Assembly: GCA_018398765.1 (NCBI GenBank)
Contig: JAHBMJ010000505.1
Coordinates: 1 to 46,536 of the forward strand
Reading direction: 5' to 3'
Length of the DNA stretch: 46,536 bases
DNA from: Chromera velia
Taxonomy: Eukaryota
Position 1 is the stretch's first letter; every line of letters starts with the position of its first letter. A program made the translations under genes and the position numbers. A model generated the notes under the pieces. The model saw only the letters and a list, made by a program, of their open reading frames with translations. It was not told where the DNA came from and did not search any database. This document shows, piece by piece, positions 1-11,510 of the stretch.

Positions 1-506
1 ATTCGAGTCACGTGCGCATCTCGCGCGAAAATGTGCAAGGTGATGTGGAACAAGCGATATTACGAGAATTCATTATATATTCATGCATAGAATTATGATC
101 GAGAATTAAGTGAATCCTAACCTCGCAGGATCCCACCGAGGGATTCCTAGTGACGTTTGGTAGTCTTGGACAACCCTCCTGTCCATCGATCGACTCGGTC
201 ACCCTTTACACATGCATCAATGATTATACATCATTGGCTCTTGATCGATCCTCCTGCTTGACTGACCCGATTCTTGCTTTCATTCTACCTTTGTCTTTGT
301 AGACGCGAGACCAATCTTTGTTTCTGTCAAGATCATCAGCACGGGGCATCCAATCAGGAACCAGAAGCAGGGTAGAGAGAGGCAAGATTGAACAGGAAAG
401 TCCCGCCAAAACTCCAGCACACCAAGCAGTAAGCTTTCTGGTTTGGTCTCTCCCCCTCTTGAATCGGGCGTGATCGCAAAGGCCTGCCTGGTGCATTATT
501 AATACA

Positions 507-2975
507 ATGTCGACAGTCTCTTCGTCCATTCGCATGAGGAAGGCGACCGCAGAGGGATCGGAATGTTCGGACCCCAGCGGCAGTTCGTACATGCAGTACC
601 CTCCCGAGCCTGCGGAGGGTTTGGTCTGGGCTTCAGGAGTGAACACTTCAAACGGCAAGAAGGCAGTGGGAATTCTGAAGACTATCGCGGGAGCAGTAGT
701 GCTCGTGTTTGCCTTCCTGGGCGTTCTCTCGACAGTCTCGGTGAGCCGCCGGACACAGAAAGGCACAATCGACCGACGAATGCTGCTACCATTGTAGAGG
801 GTATTCCATCAGATTGCTGACTTCACTATGGCAGATTGCTTGTCTTGACGGGTATGCATGTCACTGCATGGTGCTTCCTGATTGTCCTTCCTTGCATATG
901 TCGCGCACTTTTTGTCGAAATGCATGCGTTCTGAAGTGCAAGACATTTTTTCAAAGCTTCCGTGTGCTGTGGCCGTACTACTCTGGCTACACTTTCTGTT
1001 TTGTGCTTTGTTCATGCCATGAAGGAGTTGTTTCCACGCACGTCCGAGCCTTCACTTTCCGGTGCCTCCACTACCGAAGTGCTCCCAGCGCATGTGTCCA
1101 CCACACACTAGTATTCTCTTCGTCTCCTTGCAGGGCCCCAAAGAGGTTTTTGTACCCGGCCACAGAGAGATAACAGCCAGGTGCGTTCATCAAAAGGAAG
1201 ATCCGAGGTTTCAACATGTAAAGCAAAAAGAAAGGGAGAGGCTCAGTCATTTGCTCGTCGACCTCAAAAAAGACCTCAGCCGCCCCCCTATCACCTGTTT
1301 GCATGCCCGTCCACAAAAACTTCCCCGCATCCACTCCTGCTGTGTGTCAGTCGCTGCTCTCTGTCACATTCTGCCCTCCCCCAACTGACTTCAGCCGAGG
1401 GATCCATTGCGTGTCTTTCTCTCTCTCTGCCCTACTAGTATTCTTTGATCACTACCGGTTTGCTGTTCTGAGTACATGCCTACATAGACTCAAACCTTCA
1501 CCTTCTCTTTGCCTTTGTCTGCATGTCTCTGCCTCCCTGCCTCCCTGCCTGTCTGCAGCGAGGGCACGACGTTCAAGGAGTCACACATTGCGGGGAGAGG
1601 AACTTTCGCCCTTCGACCCTTCAAAAAGGTGGGCGGGGCATTCAACAAAGATAGACACGAGGACAAAAGACGGCCAGACAGATAGACTGATGGATTCATG
1701 GATAGAGAGACACACAGACGCTTAGACGGACAGGAAGATTACATAACTTCGCAGACGGACAGATAGAACGACACAAAGAGAGGAAGACAGAGTCACACTG
1801 AGAAACAGAGGGACAAATAGACATACAGACCGATAGATGCCGAATCGGCGATAGACAACTATCTTCACAGACATACATACAGACAGACAGACAGACAGAC
1901 AGACAGAGACAGAGACAGAGACAGAGACAGAGACACAGACACAGACACAGACACAGACAGAGACACAGACACAGACAGAGACACAGACAGACAGACACAA
2001 ACAGACACAGAAAGACAGACAGACATCTTTTTTTCTTCTTTCTTTCTTCTTCCTTTTGAAACAGGAAGGGAGACAGACGGATGGACACACAGACAGACAC
2101 ATAGACAGGAAGGCAGCCGGGCACACAGGCACGACAAGTAGCCAAGGGGACGGACAGATTGACAGGCAGGCGGGAAGACGGAAAGACAAGTACTCGATAA
2201 CGAGTGAAATGAATTTGAGGCTCCTGAGAACAGAAATGGAAACGGACACATGGTCCCTTCTTCATAGGTCTGTATTCTGTATGTGTCATCTGCCTTTCTA
2301 TACACATGCGTGCGTGTACAGATTTGTGTGCACAACCGTGTGTTTGCGTGAGTGCACAGCCCTCATTGTCATCTGAATAATGGCTGCAGGGAGAGCTCGT
2401 GGAGCGTTGTCCGATTTTGCGAACTGATGCGGTCAGCATTTTCCTGTTGCTTTATTCTGCAGATCTTTGCAATTCTTTCTGTCGTTGTCTCTCTCTGCTC
2501 ACGATGGGGTGACTAGTAGAGAAAAAGGACCTTGCCATCCGTCTATCCGATTTCTCTTCTTTTCCATTCGGTGGCTGCGTAATCTGACTGAGCTGCAAGA
2601 GGCCTCCCATCCAACACGTGTCTGGATCCTGGCAGTAACAGCTGCTAGGCGACTTGCAAAATGACTGACTGACTGACTGACTGACTGACTGACTGATTGA
2701 TTGATTGATTGAATGAATGAATGAATGAATGAATGAATGAATGAATGCATTAGTGATTGAATGAATGAATGAATGAAAGACTGCGTGAATGCAGAGCGCC
2801 CTCCCTCCGCCCTTGGACGACTACTGGTTCACCGGTCCTGAGGGGACAGACGCGTTCATTCCCCTGGGTCTGTGCGGCCTGTACAACCATGGGGGGGCAC
2901 AGGACGCCAACTGTGATCACTTCTCCGACGAGGGTCAGTGAAAGAGTCAATCATGAGAAGTGAGCGAGGCAGTGA

Positions 2976-3009
<34 letters not shown>

Positions 3010-3011
3010 GG

Positions 3012-3049
<38 letters not shown>

Positions 3050-3053
3050 CGGG

Positions 3054-3091
<38 letters not shown>

Positions 3092-3095
3092 CGGG

Positions 3096-3133
<38 letters not shown>

Positions 3134-3160
3134 CGGGGGGAGAGAGAGAGAGAGAGAGAN

Positions 3161-3199
<39 letters not shown>

Positions 3200-3790
3200 A
3201 GAGCAGCTCTTGAGGAGATGAGTGTTTGGGGAGTGAGTGGGAAGGTGGGTGTTCGGGTTACATTCGCTTTCCTGTCTTCCTCTTTGTACTGTCTTGCTGC
3301 TGGTGTTCATACATCGTTGTAGAGAAGCCTCAGTTCTTCACTCAGCAACGTAAGCTGAGTGGTTCTCTTCTGCAAACAGAATTAAGATGGATCCGTTTGA
3401 GCCATCATCTGTTAATATCCAAAGAAACTCGTGCATGCCTTTTTTTTTCTCGTCAACCAAAAGATGCACGGCATTGCTTTTCAAAGTCGCATTAGCACAA
3501 TGGCAAAAGACTTACGTATGAATCAGCACAATCGACCCTCCTCCTTGTAATGCACAATCAGTTGATCAATCCGATTGATCTCTGCAGCGGACCCCGACGT
3601 TCTCCTTCTGTACGCCAACAGAGACATCGAGGAGGGTGAGGAGCTTCTTTTGGACTACGGAGACGAATTTTGGGACTCCAGGCTGGAGGACCACGAGACC
3701 CACCATGAGGAGGACCCCAGTGAATGGGAGGAAGACGAACACCCCGTAAATCATGCAGCAGAGGGAGAGGGACACAAGGGAATCCATTGA
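507..3790 (+). CDS. SET-domain lysine methyltransferase-like protein with N-terminal hydrophobic anchor; exons 507-740, 1134-1180, 1559-1628, 2390-2431, 2795-2933, 3588-3790 (244 aa)
   Basis: GT-AG splicing with consistent phases gives a 735-nt open CDS with ordered SET motifs: ESHIAGRGTFALRPFKKGELVERCP, DYWF, LGLCGLYNHG, YANRDIEEGEELLLDYG. Exon 1 ends in ILKTIAGAVVLVFAFLGVLSTVS. Confidence 0.85.
1860..2110. repeat. (GACA)n/(GAGACA)n microsatellite in SET-gene intron
   Basis: Directly visible simple repeats. Confidence 0.95.
2662..3195. repeat. (TGAC)n/(TGAA)n and (GA)n compound microsatellites flanking exon 5 of the SET gene
   Basis: Directly visible. The GA tract has a ~42-bp higher-order unit containing GGCGGGG. 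Confidence 0.9.
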
Positions 3791-5271
3791 CGAAGTGACA
3801 AAATGAAGGAACAGATTCCGTCTGACTGAAGAGAAAAAGACTTGAGGGGATCAGGGAGAGTTCGGACCTGCAGAGGCAGGCAAAGCAACGCTCCTCTACC
3901 TAGGAAAAAAGGATCGACGGGGACTAAGACAAGGGGGGCGTATGGGGCTGTGTCTGTAAAAGGGTCGAGAGAGGGGGTGTCTTGTTTTAATTCCCTAAAA
4001 AGGAAGAACGTCCCATATGAATTCACTGAGTGAAGCCTGAGGGACCGTCGATAAGGTTCGCCCGTGCATGCACCGCGTCGGGTCGTTGGGTAAGCAGATC
4101 ATCGAATGATCCAAAAAAGCAGGAACAAAAACATCCATAAGCTAGACAAAGAAGCATGCAAGACCTATTGAAGATTGATAAGCCACCACTTGATCCTATT
4201 TCAATGAAAGTAGGAATCAAAATGAGTTAATCAAAATAACTGAAAGTATCTTAAGTTGAACAATGCAAAATAGACTACAACAAGGTTTACGATAAGGTCT
4301 GGTACAAGGTGGTCATCAAAGCTTATTGTAATTCTAAGTGACTCTGAGTCTAAGAGGCCAGTCCAAAGTTTTTAAGCAGTGCTGGTTCATAGTAAACAAC
4401 TTCATTTTATATGATATATTCAATTGAGTTCCCCCCCTCCCCGGCCCTTCCTCACAAAAAATTAAAGTGCTAGTTAAAGTGAAAGTATAAAACACAGTTA
4501 ATTAAGACAAATTAGACCATATGAAATTTAAGCATTTTTATGTATACATGTTCTTTTAAAGTGTACAGTTTTTTTTTCATAAGGATTTTGAAGAAAAAAA
4601 CTAGAATACACATTTATTATTATCATACGTCATCGCCATATTGGCCTATGAATAGGCGTTTAGCATTTGGCGGCAATGTACAAGGCGCAGTTCGGTTCTT
4701 TACAACAACACTAGCAGCAGCAGTTCACTTTGATTTAATATATACTTAATTTAACGAGGATGCTTATTTTCAAACTCTTCTACTTCCGGAGCAGCATGCT
4801 TATACATGTTGCTGCATGAATGATGCTGATTCCTACACTGATTCAGGGGACATATAGTCAGCACATGTCAGCATTGTAAAGCCTTAAACAACAAAAACTC
4901 AAACAAGCTTTCTTTTTTTATCTGTTTTAATTTTTTTTCTAACTTTCTTAAATTTATAAGTGCAAATCGAATCTACATCAAAGGTCCAATCTAAGTAGCG
5001 CTTAAACGATTGGCCAAACCGGTTTTGTATGGACTGTCTAGCATAAATATATCGTTCAAACTTAGGTTCAAACATAAAAAAACATCTTTTTAGAAACATC
5101 TATAGCACTTGACGGAAAAGTTTTGGGAAAACCTAGTGAAAAACATAAAACCGCCAATCGATTACGTTCATCATCCTAACAAAGCTTGGTGTGTATATAT
5201 AAAACTCAAACAAACTTTCTTTTTTTTTTCTTTTTTGATTTTTCTTTTTTTAGAGTATATCCTTAGAGTAA

Positions 5272-5313
5272 CGCATGCGGGCGGCGGCCCCGGCATCAAT
5301 AACCCCCCCCCCC
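5272..5313 (+). repeat. Left terminal inverted repeat
   Basis: Reverse-complement match to 11471-11510. Confidence 0.88.
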
Positions 5314-5482
5314 GCCCATGGTGGCACCGGACCGGAGACTTAATTCTGATATCAACAGTCTCTCAGCACAACCAGTTTGAGTCTCTTCAAGTAGCTTTAG
5401 TGAAGTGTCTTGACCCTCACGGTACTTTTTTTTTCGAAAAAACGAGCAGGGGCGGTTCTGGAAGTCCCTTTTTCCTCTTGTC

Positions 5483-7024
5483 ATGTCTGAAGATGCTTTT
5501 CAGAGGGCAAAGGAGTTTGGGAATGCCACCCAGCTCCTCAATGCTGATTCCCTTCTAGTTGTTAGATTGAAGGGGACATCAGTTCGGTTGGCTCCAAGCA
5601 CTGAGCGCGATCTAGAGGGCGCGGTGCAGAGAGGATTAATCAGCTGTACGGCCAGAGTCCATTCGTTTGTTGTTCGACATGTTGTTCTGTCTCTGTTCCG
5701 AAGGACAAGCATTGGGCCGCGGGAGAAGCCTAGACGGGTTCCCATCCTCTCCGCCCTCAGGACAGTGGCCACGGAAAGTATGTGGTAGCGCCTACAGCCC
5801 AGACGGATGTATGAAAAGAATTGGCGGTGGGCCTTCAAGTGTATGACCCAGGGGCAGAAGGGCGTCCTCATACTGTCTCTTAAGTACTATTTATTGCAAC
5901 TGACTGGAAAGTTTGAGGCGATATTTTTGACCAGAGAGGTCCTTTGGGGATACATCGGGGGGGAGGGGGGGACTGAGAGGTCGAGAGAGTTGCGTCCTCT
6001 TTGGAGAAGTTGGACAGAGACCCACTTTCTCTAGGTAGTGGCGCCTGAGAGGGTCCCGACTGATAACTTCTGAAAGATGGTCAGTCTGTCTGCTGGCCTT
6101 CTGGCGCCTTCTGGGGCTAGTATCCCCTTACCACTGCTTGCATGTAAAGACTCATTTGACTTCTGTTTCTCTTTCTGTGTTTTCTGTGCAGATGGACGCC
6201 CCCCTCATCTTCGTTATCCGTGGGGAGGCCCTGACTTTTTTGTTTGGAAAGGCAAGGCGGGAGCTAGGACTGGGGGTCCACCTTAAGGACATCTTTGGGG
6301 CCTCGTTCCCCGCGGGGCCTGTGTAGAGAACAATCGACGCCATGCTCTACATCGTGATGGAGAGCCTTGCAAGCCAAGGACGGGTTGACGTGGGGCTGTC
6401 GTACACCATCCAGAATGTCCTCCAACCTTCCGTCCCGACTCCTTCTTCTGCTCCCATCCCGGCTCCTTCTGATGACCAAGAGATGCCTCAGGTTGGTCAG
6501 CTAGTTAGGTTTTGGAGCTGGCATCACCTTATCACTGCTTGCATTGATGCAGTCAGCCAGTCGGCTAGTCAGTTAGTCAGTAATTGAGAGATCAATGACA
6601 TGCATGCATGTGTTTCTCAGTTGAGTTGAGTTAGTCAGTTTCTGGGCTAGTCAGGTTGCATATGTTAGCTCATAGTTCATAAATGAATGCAATGTTTACT
6701 CATACATAAATGCAGACAGAGGCGCAGGGACAGACTGACGAGCACAGAGACGAGCACCCTCTGCATGAAGGTACGCGCCATCACCTTTTTGATATCAAGT
6801 ATCGAAAAGGCATAACGTCTGGTCGTGCTTTCTCCATCACATACAGTACACTGATAGTCACACTGACAGTCACACTCACACGTACTCGATCACGTACATA
6901 TGTAGGCGCTGTGCATTCAAATTCATACTCACACTTGCACTTGCATGAACGTGCAGACACGTCAGGAATGGACGTGGACGATGAGGAAATCGATGCCGAG
7001 GAAGGGCTTGGATCTTACCCCTGA
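5483..7024 (+). pseudogene. Transposon partner gene of unknown family, ~340 codons; exons 5483-6079, 6192-6491, 6716-6770, 6957-7024
   Basis: ORFs 5483, 5807, 6138 and 6342 join through phase-compatible GT-AG introns. The only disruptions are point stops (TAG 5786, TAG 6032, TGA 6071, TAG 6324), with no frameshifts. Acidic C-terminus. Confidence 0.65.
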
Positions 7025-7040
7025 GTCAGTCATACATACA

Positions 7041-10000
7041 TCAACCCATGTCAACATCTCCCTCTTCCTCCCCTTCTGATTCACTTGCTTGCACTTCCTC
7101 TCCCTCTTGTCCTCTCTCGCCTCCTTTATCCTCCATATCCCCTTCTTCCCCCGATTCTCCCCCCTCCCCTTCGGAATCGATTTCCACAGCAGGAGGGGCC
7201 TCAGACTCGCTGTTCGAAAGAGCTTCCACAGGAGTCATCTCATCCTCTGCAATCACATCCAACCGAGTCTTCCCCATGCCATCCACCCGTGCGTTGATGC
7301 TTGTGTCATTGATAGCAAGGAAAGCCCTCAGAAGGTTGCGAACAGCAATCTGTGTGCCTGTGTCTCCTTGTGTGTTGGGGAGGGGTTTTGCTCCGTGACT
7401 TGCAGCACCTGTGGGGGCAAAAGCCTCTGCAACCATTCTATTGAATGCCTTATATGCCTGCATGCTGAAGTACTTTACGAAAGATCGGTAGTAGTAAAGG
7501 AAATAGTAGAAGGATTCGAGAAGATAGAGAGTGGCTGGGTACTGCTGTCCTGGGTGCATTTCAAGCCACACCCTCTTGAAGTCACGAACGGCTTTGGGGT
7601 AGCGAGCGATGTTTTTGTCGGAGGGGGCTGTTTGTCTGAGGGTGTGGAGGCAAAAGAAGAATGCAGAGAGACCTGAAAGCACTCTGTCGGTCTGTGGGTA
7701 TCCTGCAAGCGCCATCATGTTTTTATGCTCTTTTGAGAACACGATACAGTCTCTCCCTTGCAGTGAAAAGTCTGGCCACCTCTACTCTCCTTCGTCCAGA
7801 ATGGGCACCATTGTGGTTCGATTTCGAATGATCTTCTGCCTAAATTCATCCTGCAGACAATAAAAGGTTTTTCGTTCATACTTCCCATCTGCTGTGCAGT
7901 TGCATAGGTGGCCACAGAGGGTGGTGGTTTTTGCTTGAATGTCTGTTGCTTCAGTCGCATCATTCCACTCCTCCCCTCCTTCCATTTCTTCTTCTTCGTC
8001 TGCTCCTGCGGCAACGGCCGCTCCCTCCCCCCCTGCCCCCCCTTTACACTGCTCGCACTTGCACTTTTCCTGCTCCCACATATACGAGCGCAGCCCCCTT
8101 GTCACCGCCTCTGTCCCCCTCATTGCGAAGTGCAAACAGTCAGGGCAGACATGCTCGCCAAAACAGGCAGGCCAGAGAGACTCGCGCAGGGAGCCTATTT
8201 TCTTTTTGGCACAGGTCGTCGTGTGAGACCCAGGCCTCTTCTGTCCCTGCTTTGTGTTCTTGCAGTTGCAAGGCTTGGAGACCAATTCTGCATGTTTTTC
8301 TGCTGTGCGTGTGAACGGTGCAAGAAAGTAGACACCAGGCATGGGGTGGTTAGGGCACCCGACGAGCCGGAAACGGAGGACCTCCTCTTTGCGGAGAATG
8401 CAACTGCAGTCTCGTCTGACTCCATGTCTTGAACAAACTCGCTCTTTTCGTGACTTTGCATTTAATGTGTTCACGATGCATAAACATGCCTTCCTAGGAT
8501 AGAAAGGCATATTCTTCTCGCATGTTTCAAGCTTTTCAATCTCTTCTTTACTATCTAGGGTGAAATAGGAGGGGAAACTCCCTATGGCCCCCACAGTTCC
8601 GCACATTTTAGCAAAAGCGGACTGATCAGCTGTCCCCCACCAGGTCACTTTCACCTTTTTTCCCTTATACGGTCCGTCAGGCACCTCCACTCCCCCATTG
8701 ACTGTATTGATCCCCTCTAGCAGCTCTTTTGACTTGAAAAGAGCTTCTAGGGTATCCCTCTCCTCCTGCTAATTAGCTAGGCCAACGCAGAAAGAGAACT
8801 CTTTAGAAAAGAGCGCACGAAGAGAACCTGAGAGCGGACGTACAACGATAGAAATACAGGCCCCCCCGGCTTTCAGCCTAGTGGCCCGATTCCCATCGAC
8901 TGACAGACACAGTTCAATGTTGACAACCTCCTCTTCGATCTCCTCCTCGATCTCAAGACCTTCAGAAGTAGTCGTTGTGACGGTTCTCTTCTCCTTAGTG
9001 ATCACGCCGTTCTCTATGAGGAACTCGTAGCCATACTTGTCACTGAGAAGAATGTCGAGAAGGACCTTGATGTTACCAATGAATGGCTGGAAATAGTCAT
9101 TGTGGGACTTGCCAGTAAACTTCTTTACAACCTTCTGGAGGACTCTGCTCATTGATTTAAAAAAGCCAGCCTCCTTCAGTTTCTTTTGAAGTTCCGTGAG
9201 AGGGGCAAAAATCTGTATGTATATATTATAAAACATGTAATTTGATTTATATATTCTATCTAAAAGATATGTACGAACAGTTAAAAACCAATCGGCAGAT
9301 GATCATAATGGGACAAATGAAAACCAGTCAGCAAATCATGATGGTGGGACAAAAAGAAAAGAAGTTTTTGTTGGGACAAAATTAAATAATTAAAAGAATC
9401 ACATATAAAATTTTTTTTTTTCAGGTACGCCGCCCTACGAACCTCTTTCACAGAAGGAATGGAGGAGTCCTTCAGAAAGTTTTTCGACCGTTGCACTTTA
9501 GAGCGAGACAGACCCTCCTTCAACACAAACGCTGTCCATTCGTCGGGGGTTTTGGGGACTGCTCTAAATTCATGAAACTTTTTCTATAAGCACCGGCCCC
9601 TCAATCTGTTTACACGCCTTTCCCTTCCTGCTTTGTATCTCTGGTAAGAGTAGAGCCCAGACCTGGATTCTCTTTCACAATCTGTCACTCTCACTCTAAC
9701 ACTGCCTGTCCCGACATCATACCCTGCGGTCACCACCTTCTCCGTTTCTATAACGCTGGCCGACGTCACAAACGAGACTGCTGCACTTGTCAATGCGTCG
9801 GCTCTTTCCTCTGCAGGCAGCGTGGCGGTCCCGAGCATCTGATCCCATAAGCTTACCGTAGTCCGATGCAGAGTCTTGCAGAGGTCTTTGCCCTGCCTGG
9901 CATGTCTCACGGCAAAGAGATCTCTTACTGGCTTCTCCCTCTTTCTGGATCCGACCCTAGTCCAGTCATTCATAAATGCAATCGTCTTTGCTTGAGACCT

Positions 10001-11274
10001 CTTCGCCTTCTGCTCATTCTCCCCTCCATCTGAGCTCTCCAATTCTCCTTCCTCCGGAATGGTGTCTAGGAAAGGATAAAACCTGTCCTTCTCAAGCCCC
10101 TTGTACACGAAGTGTTTTCCCCTGGGTGTCCTTTCAAATGTCCCATCCGCTCGCCTCTTCTTGAGGTGGGGCGAATGGACAAGAGGCCGCTGACCTACAT
10201 ACATAGAAATATATATATATACAACGTTCAAGAATTGAAGGACTAAAATTCTTAATTACACAACGCTTCGCAAAGAAAAGGTGCTAAGCTCACAATAGCA
10301 CGCACAAACGTACATTCGCAGACAACCATACAGACGTACAGACAGGCAGACACCTAGACAGACAAGGCAGCTAGACATATACCATACAGACTGCTCGATC
10401 ATGCATATATTGTGACTGACCAGAGAGGTGTGGTGGTAGAGTTGGTGGCTGCCCTGCCAGACCAAAGGAAGGGCCGGCAATCTGCTTGGAAAAGGCGGCA
10501 CCGCGCGACGACGTGCTCACAGAGGCAGAAGGAGAGGCCTCACGATCGCTACCCTCCTCCCCTGAGACAATGTCGACGCCCCCCCCGTCCTCGCTCTCCT
10601 CATCTCCCCCTTGCCCCGCCTGCATCTTCCTCTTCTTCGATCGCGCCCTCTTCGTTGGAGAGGTGCATGCATGCTTCCTTCGGGCCTCGAGGGAGAGCTT
10701 GTACGGACGGCAGACTCTCATCCGGACATCGTGGAGCTCGGCCTTCTTCTTCTAGACCGAGCATCTCTGGCACGGCAAGCCAGTGGTGCCCTCTAGGCGG
10801 CCCATCCTGCTCCAATGAGAGGGGGCGGAGGAAGCCGCACGCGACAGCGAGCTTGCCGATACTGAGGCAGCCACCAAACCTGTAAGAAAGCATTGAAAAA
10901 ATCAGAAACGATGAGACAAGTGTTGCTTGCTGCAGCTTGGCATGCCTCTGAGTCGATCATTTGCAGAAACAGACGGACATCTGACATGATTTCATGTCAT
11001 ATGACTGACCACTGAGCTGCCAAAGGTCCTGGGCGAAGTCGTGGTCGTGGTCTTGGCCACGCAGATGCGAGCAGTCTTGATGTAGACGCTGCCTTCTACT
11101 CCTCCGAACACCTGGAGGGTCATCTTCTACTCTGGAAACCGGACCAGTGGTCCTCGGTGCAGCTGACTGGGGGATACCGACAGCTGCAGGCTGTCTGTCT
11201 GTCCTTGTACGACCCCTGCCTTGCGTTTGGGGGGGATCGGGCTCCTCAAAGCCCTCACCGTCTCTTCCTGACAT
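7041..11274 (-). pseudogene. RAG1/Transib/Chapaev-like DDE transposase, intron-containing, inactivated by point mutations
   Basis: ORFs 8769-9236, 7782-8690 and 7041-7742 are one frame broken by single TAG stops. Motifs follow RAG1-core order: LSVDG (D, 8895-8897), QEERDTL, GTADQSAFAKMCG (D, 8625-8627), PDCLH, LQGRDC, FSMQAY[K]AFN (third acidic residue read as AAG, 7449-7451). Upstream exons lie at about 9440-10195, 10420-10880 and 11010-11274 (boundaries approximate). Confidence 0.78.
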
Positions 11275-11470
11275 GAGAAAAAAAAACAGATCTGACCTTC
11301 AAAACTACTTCAAGACTACAAATCTCGATATTTGCATAACCAGTGGACCTTTTGGATCGCTTTCAACGCGCCGTTGTGATCAGGACAATGGGTTTAGAGA
11401 GTTGAATGCACTACTTTGATGCGTAGCCGACTATTCGGAAACATCAGAAATAAGTCGGCTATCCGGCGTC

Positions 11471-11510
11471 GGGGGGGGGGTATTCGTGCCGGGGCCGCCG
11501 CCCGCATACG
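11471..11510 (-). repeat. Right terminal inverted repeat
   Basis: Reverse-complement match to 5272-5313. Confidence 0.88.

Larger units (their letters stand above)
5272..11510. mobile_element. TIR DNA transposon carrying a RAG1/Transib/Chapaev-like transposase and a convergent second gene (mutationally decayed)
   Basis: Inverted repeats at 5272-5313 (CGCATGCGGGCGGCGGCCCCGGCATCAATAACCCC..) and 11471-11510 (reverse complement CGTATGCGGGCGGCGGCCCCGGCACGAATACCCC..), with a 21-bp perfect core. They enclose two genes and sit in AT-rich flanks. Confidence 0.85.

Noticed and set aside
1696..3322. ORFs with CLCL, SVSV or ERER runs
   Set aside because: Translations of intronic microsatellites within the SET gene.
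4703..4722. Further CTAG scar candidates (4711, 5132, 6565)
   Set aside because: Two or more mismatches in low-complexity sequence; not distinguishable from chance.
5272..5313. RSS heptamer/nonamer in the TIRs
   Set aside because: No CACAGTG-like heptamer or A-rich nonamer at 12/23 spacing.
5483..7024. Calling the partner gene RAG2-like
   Set aside because: No kelch GG repeats or PHD Cys/His pattern visible. Only the orientation and acidic tail are similar.
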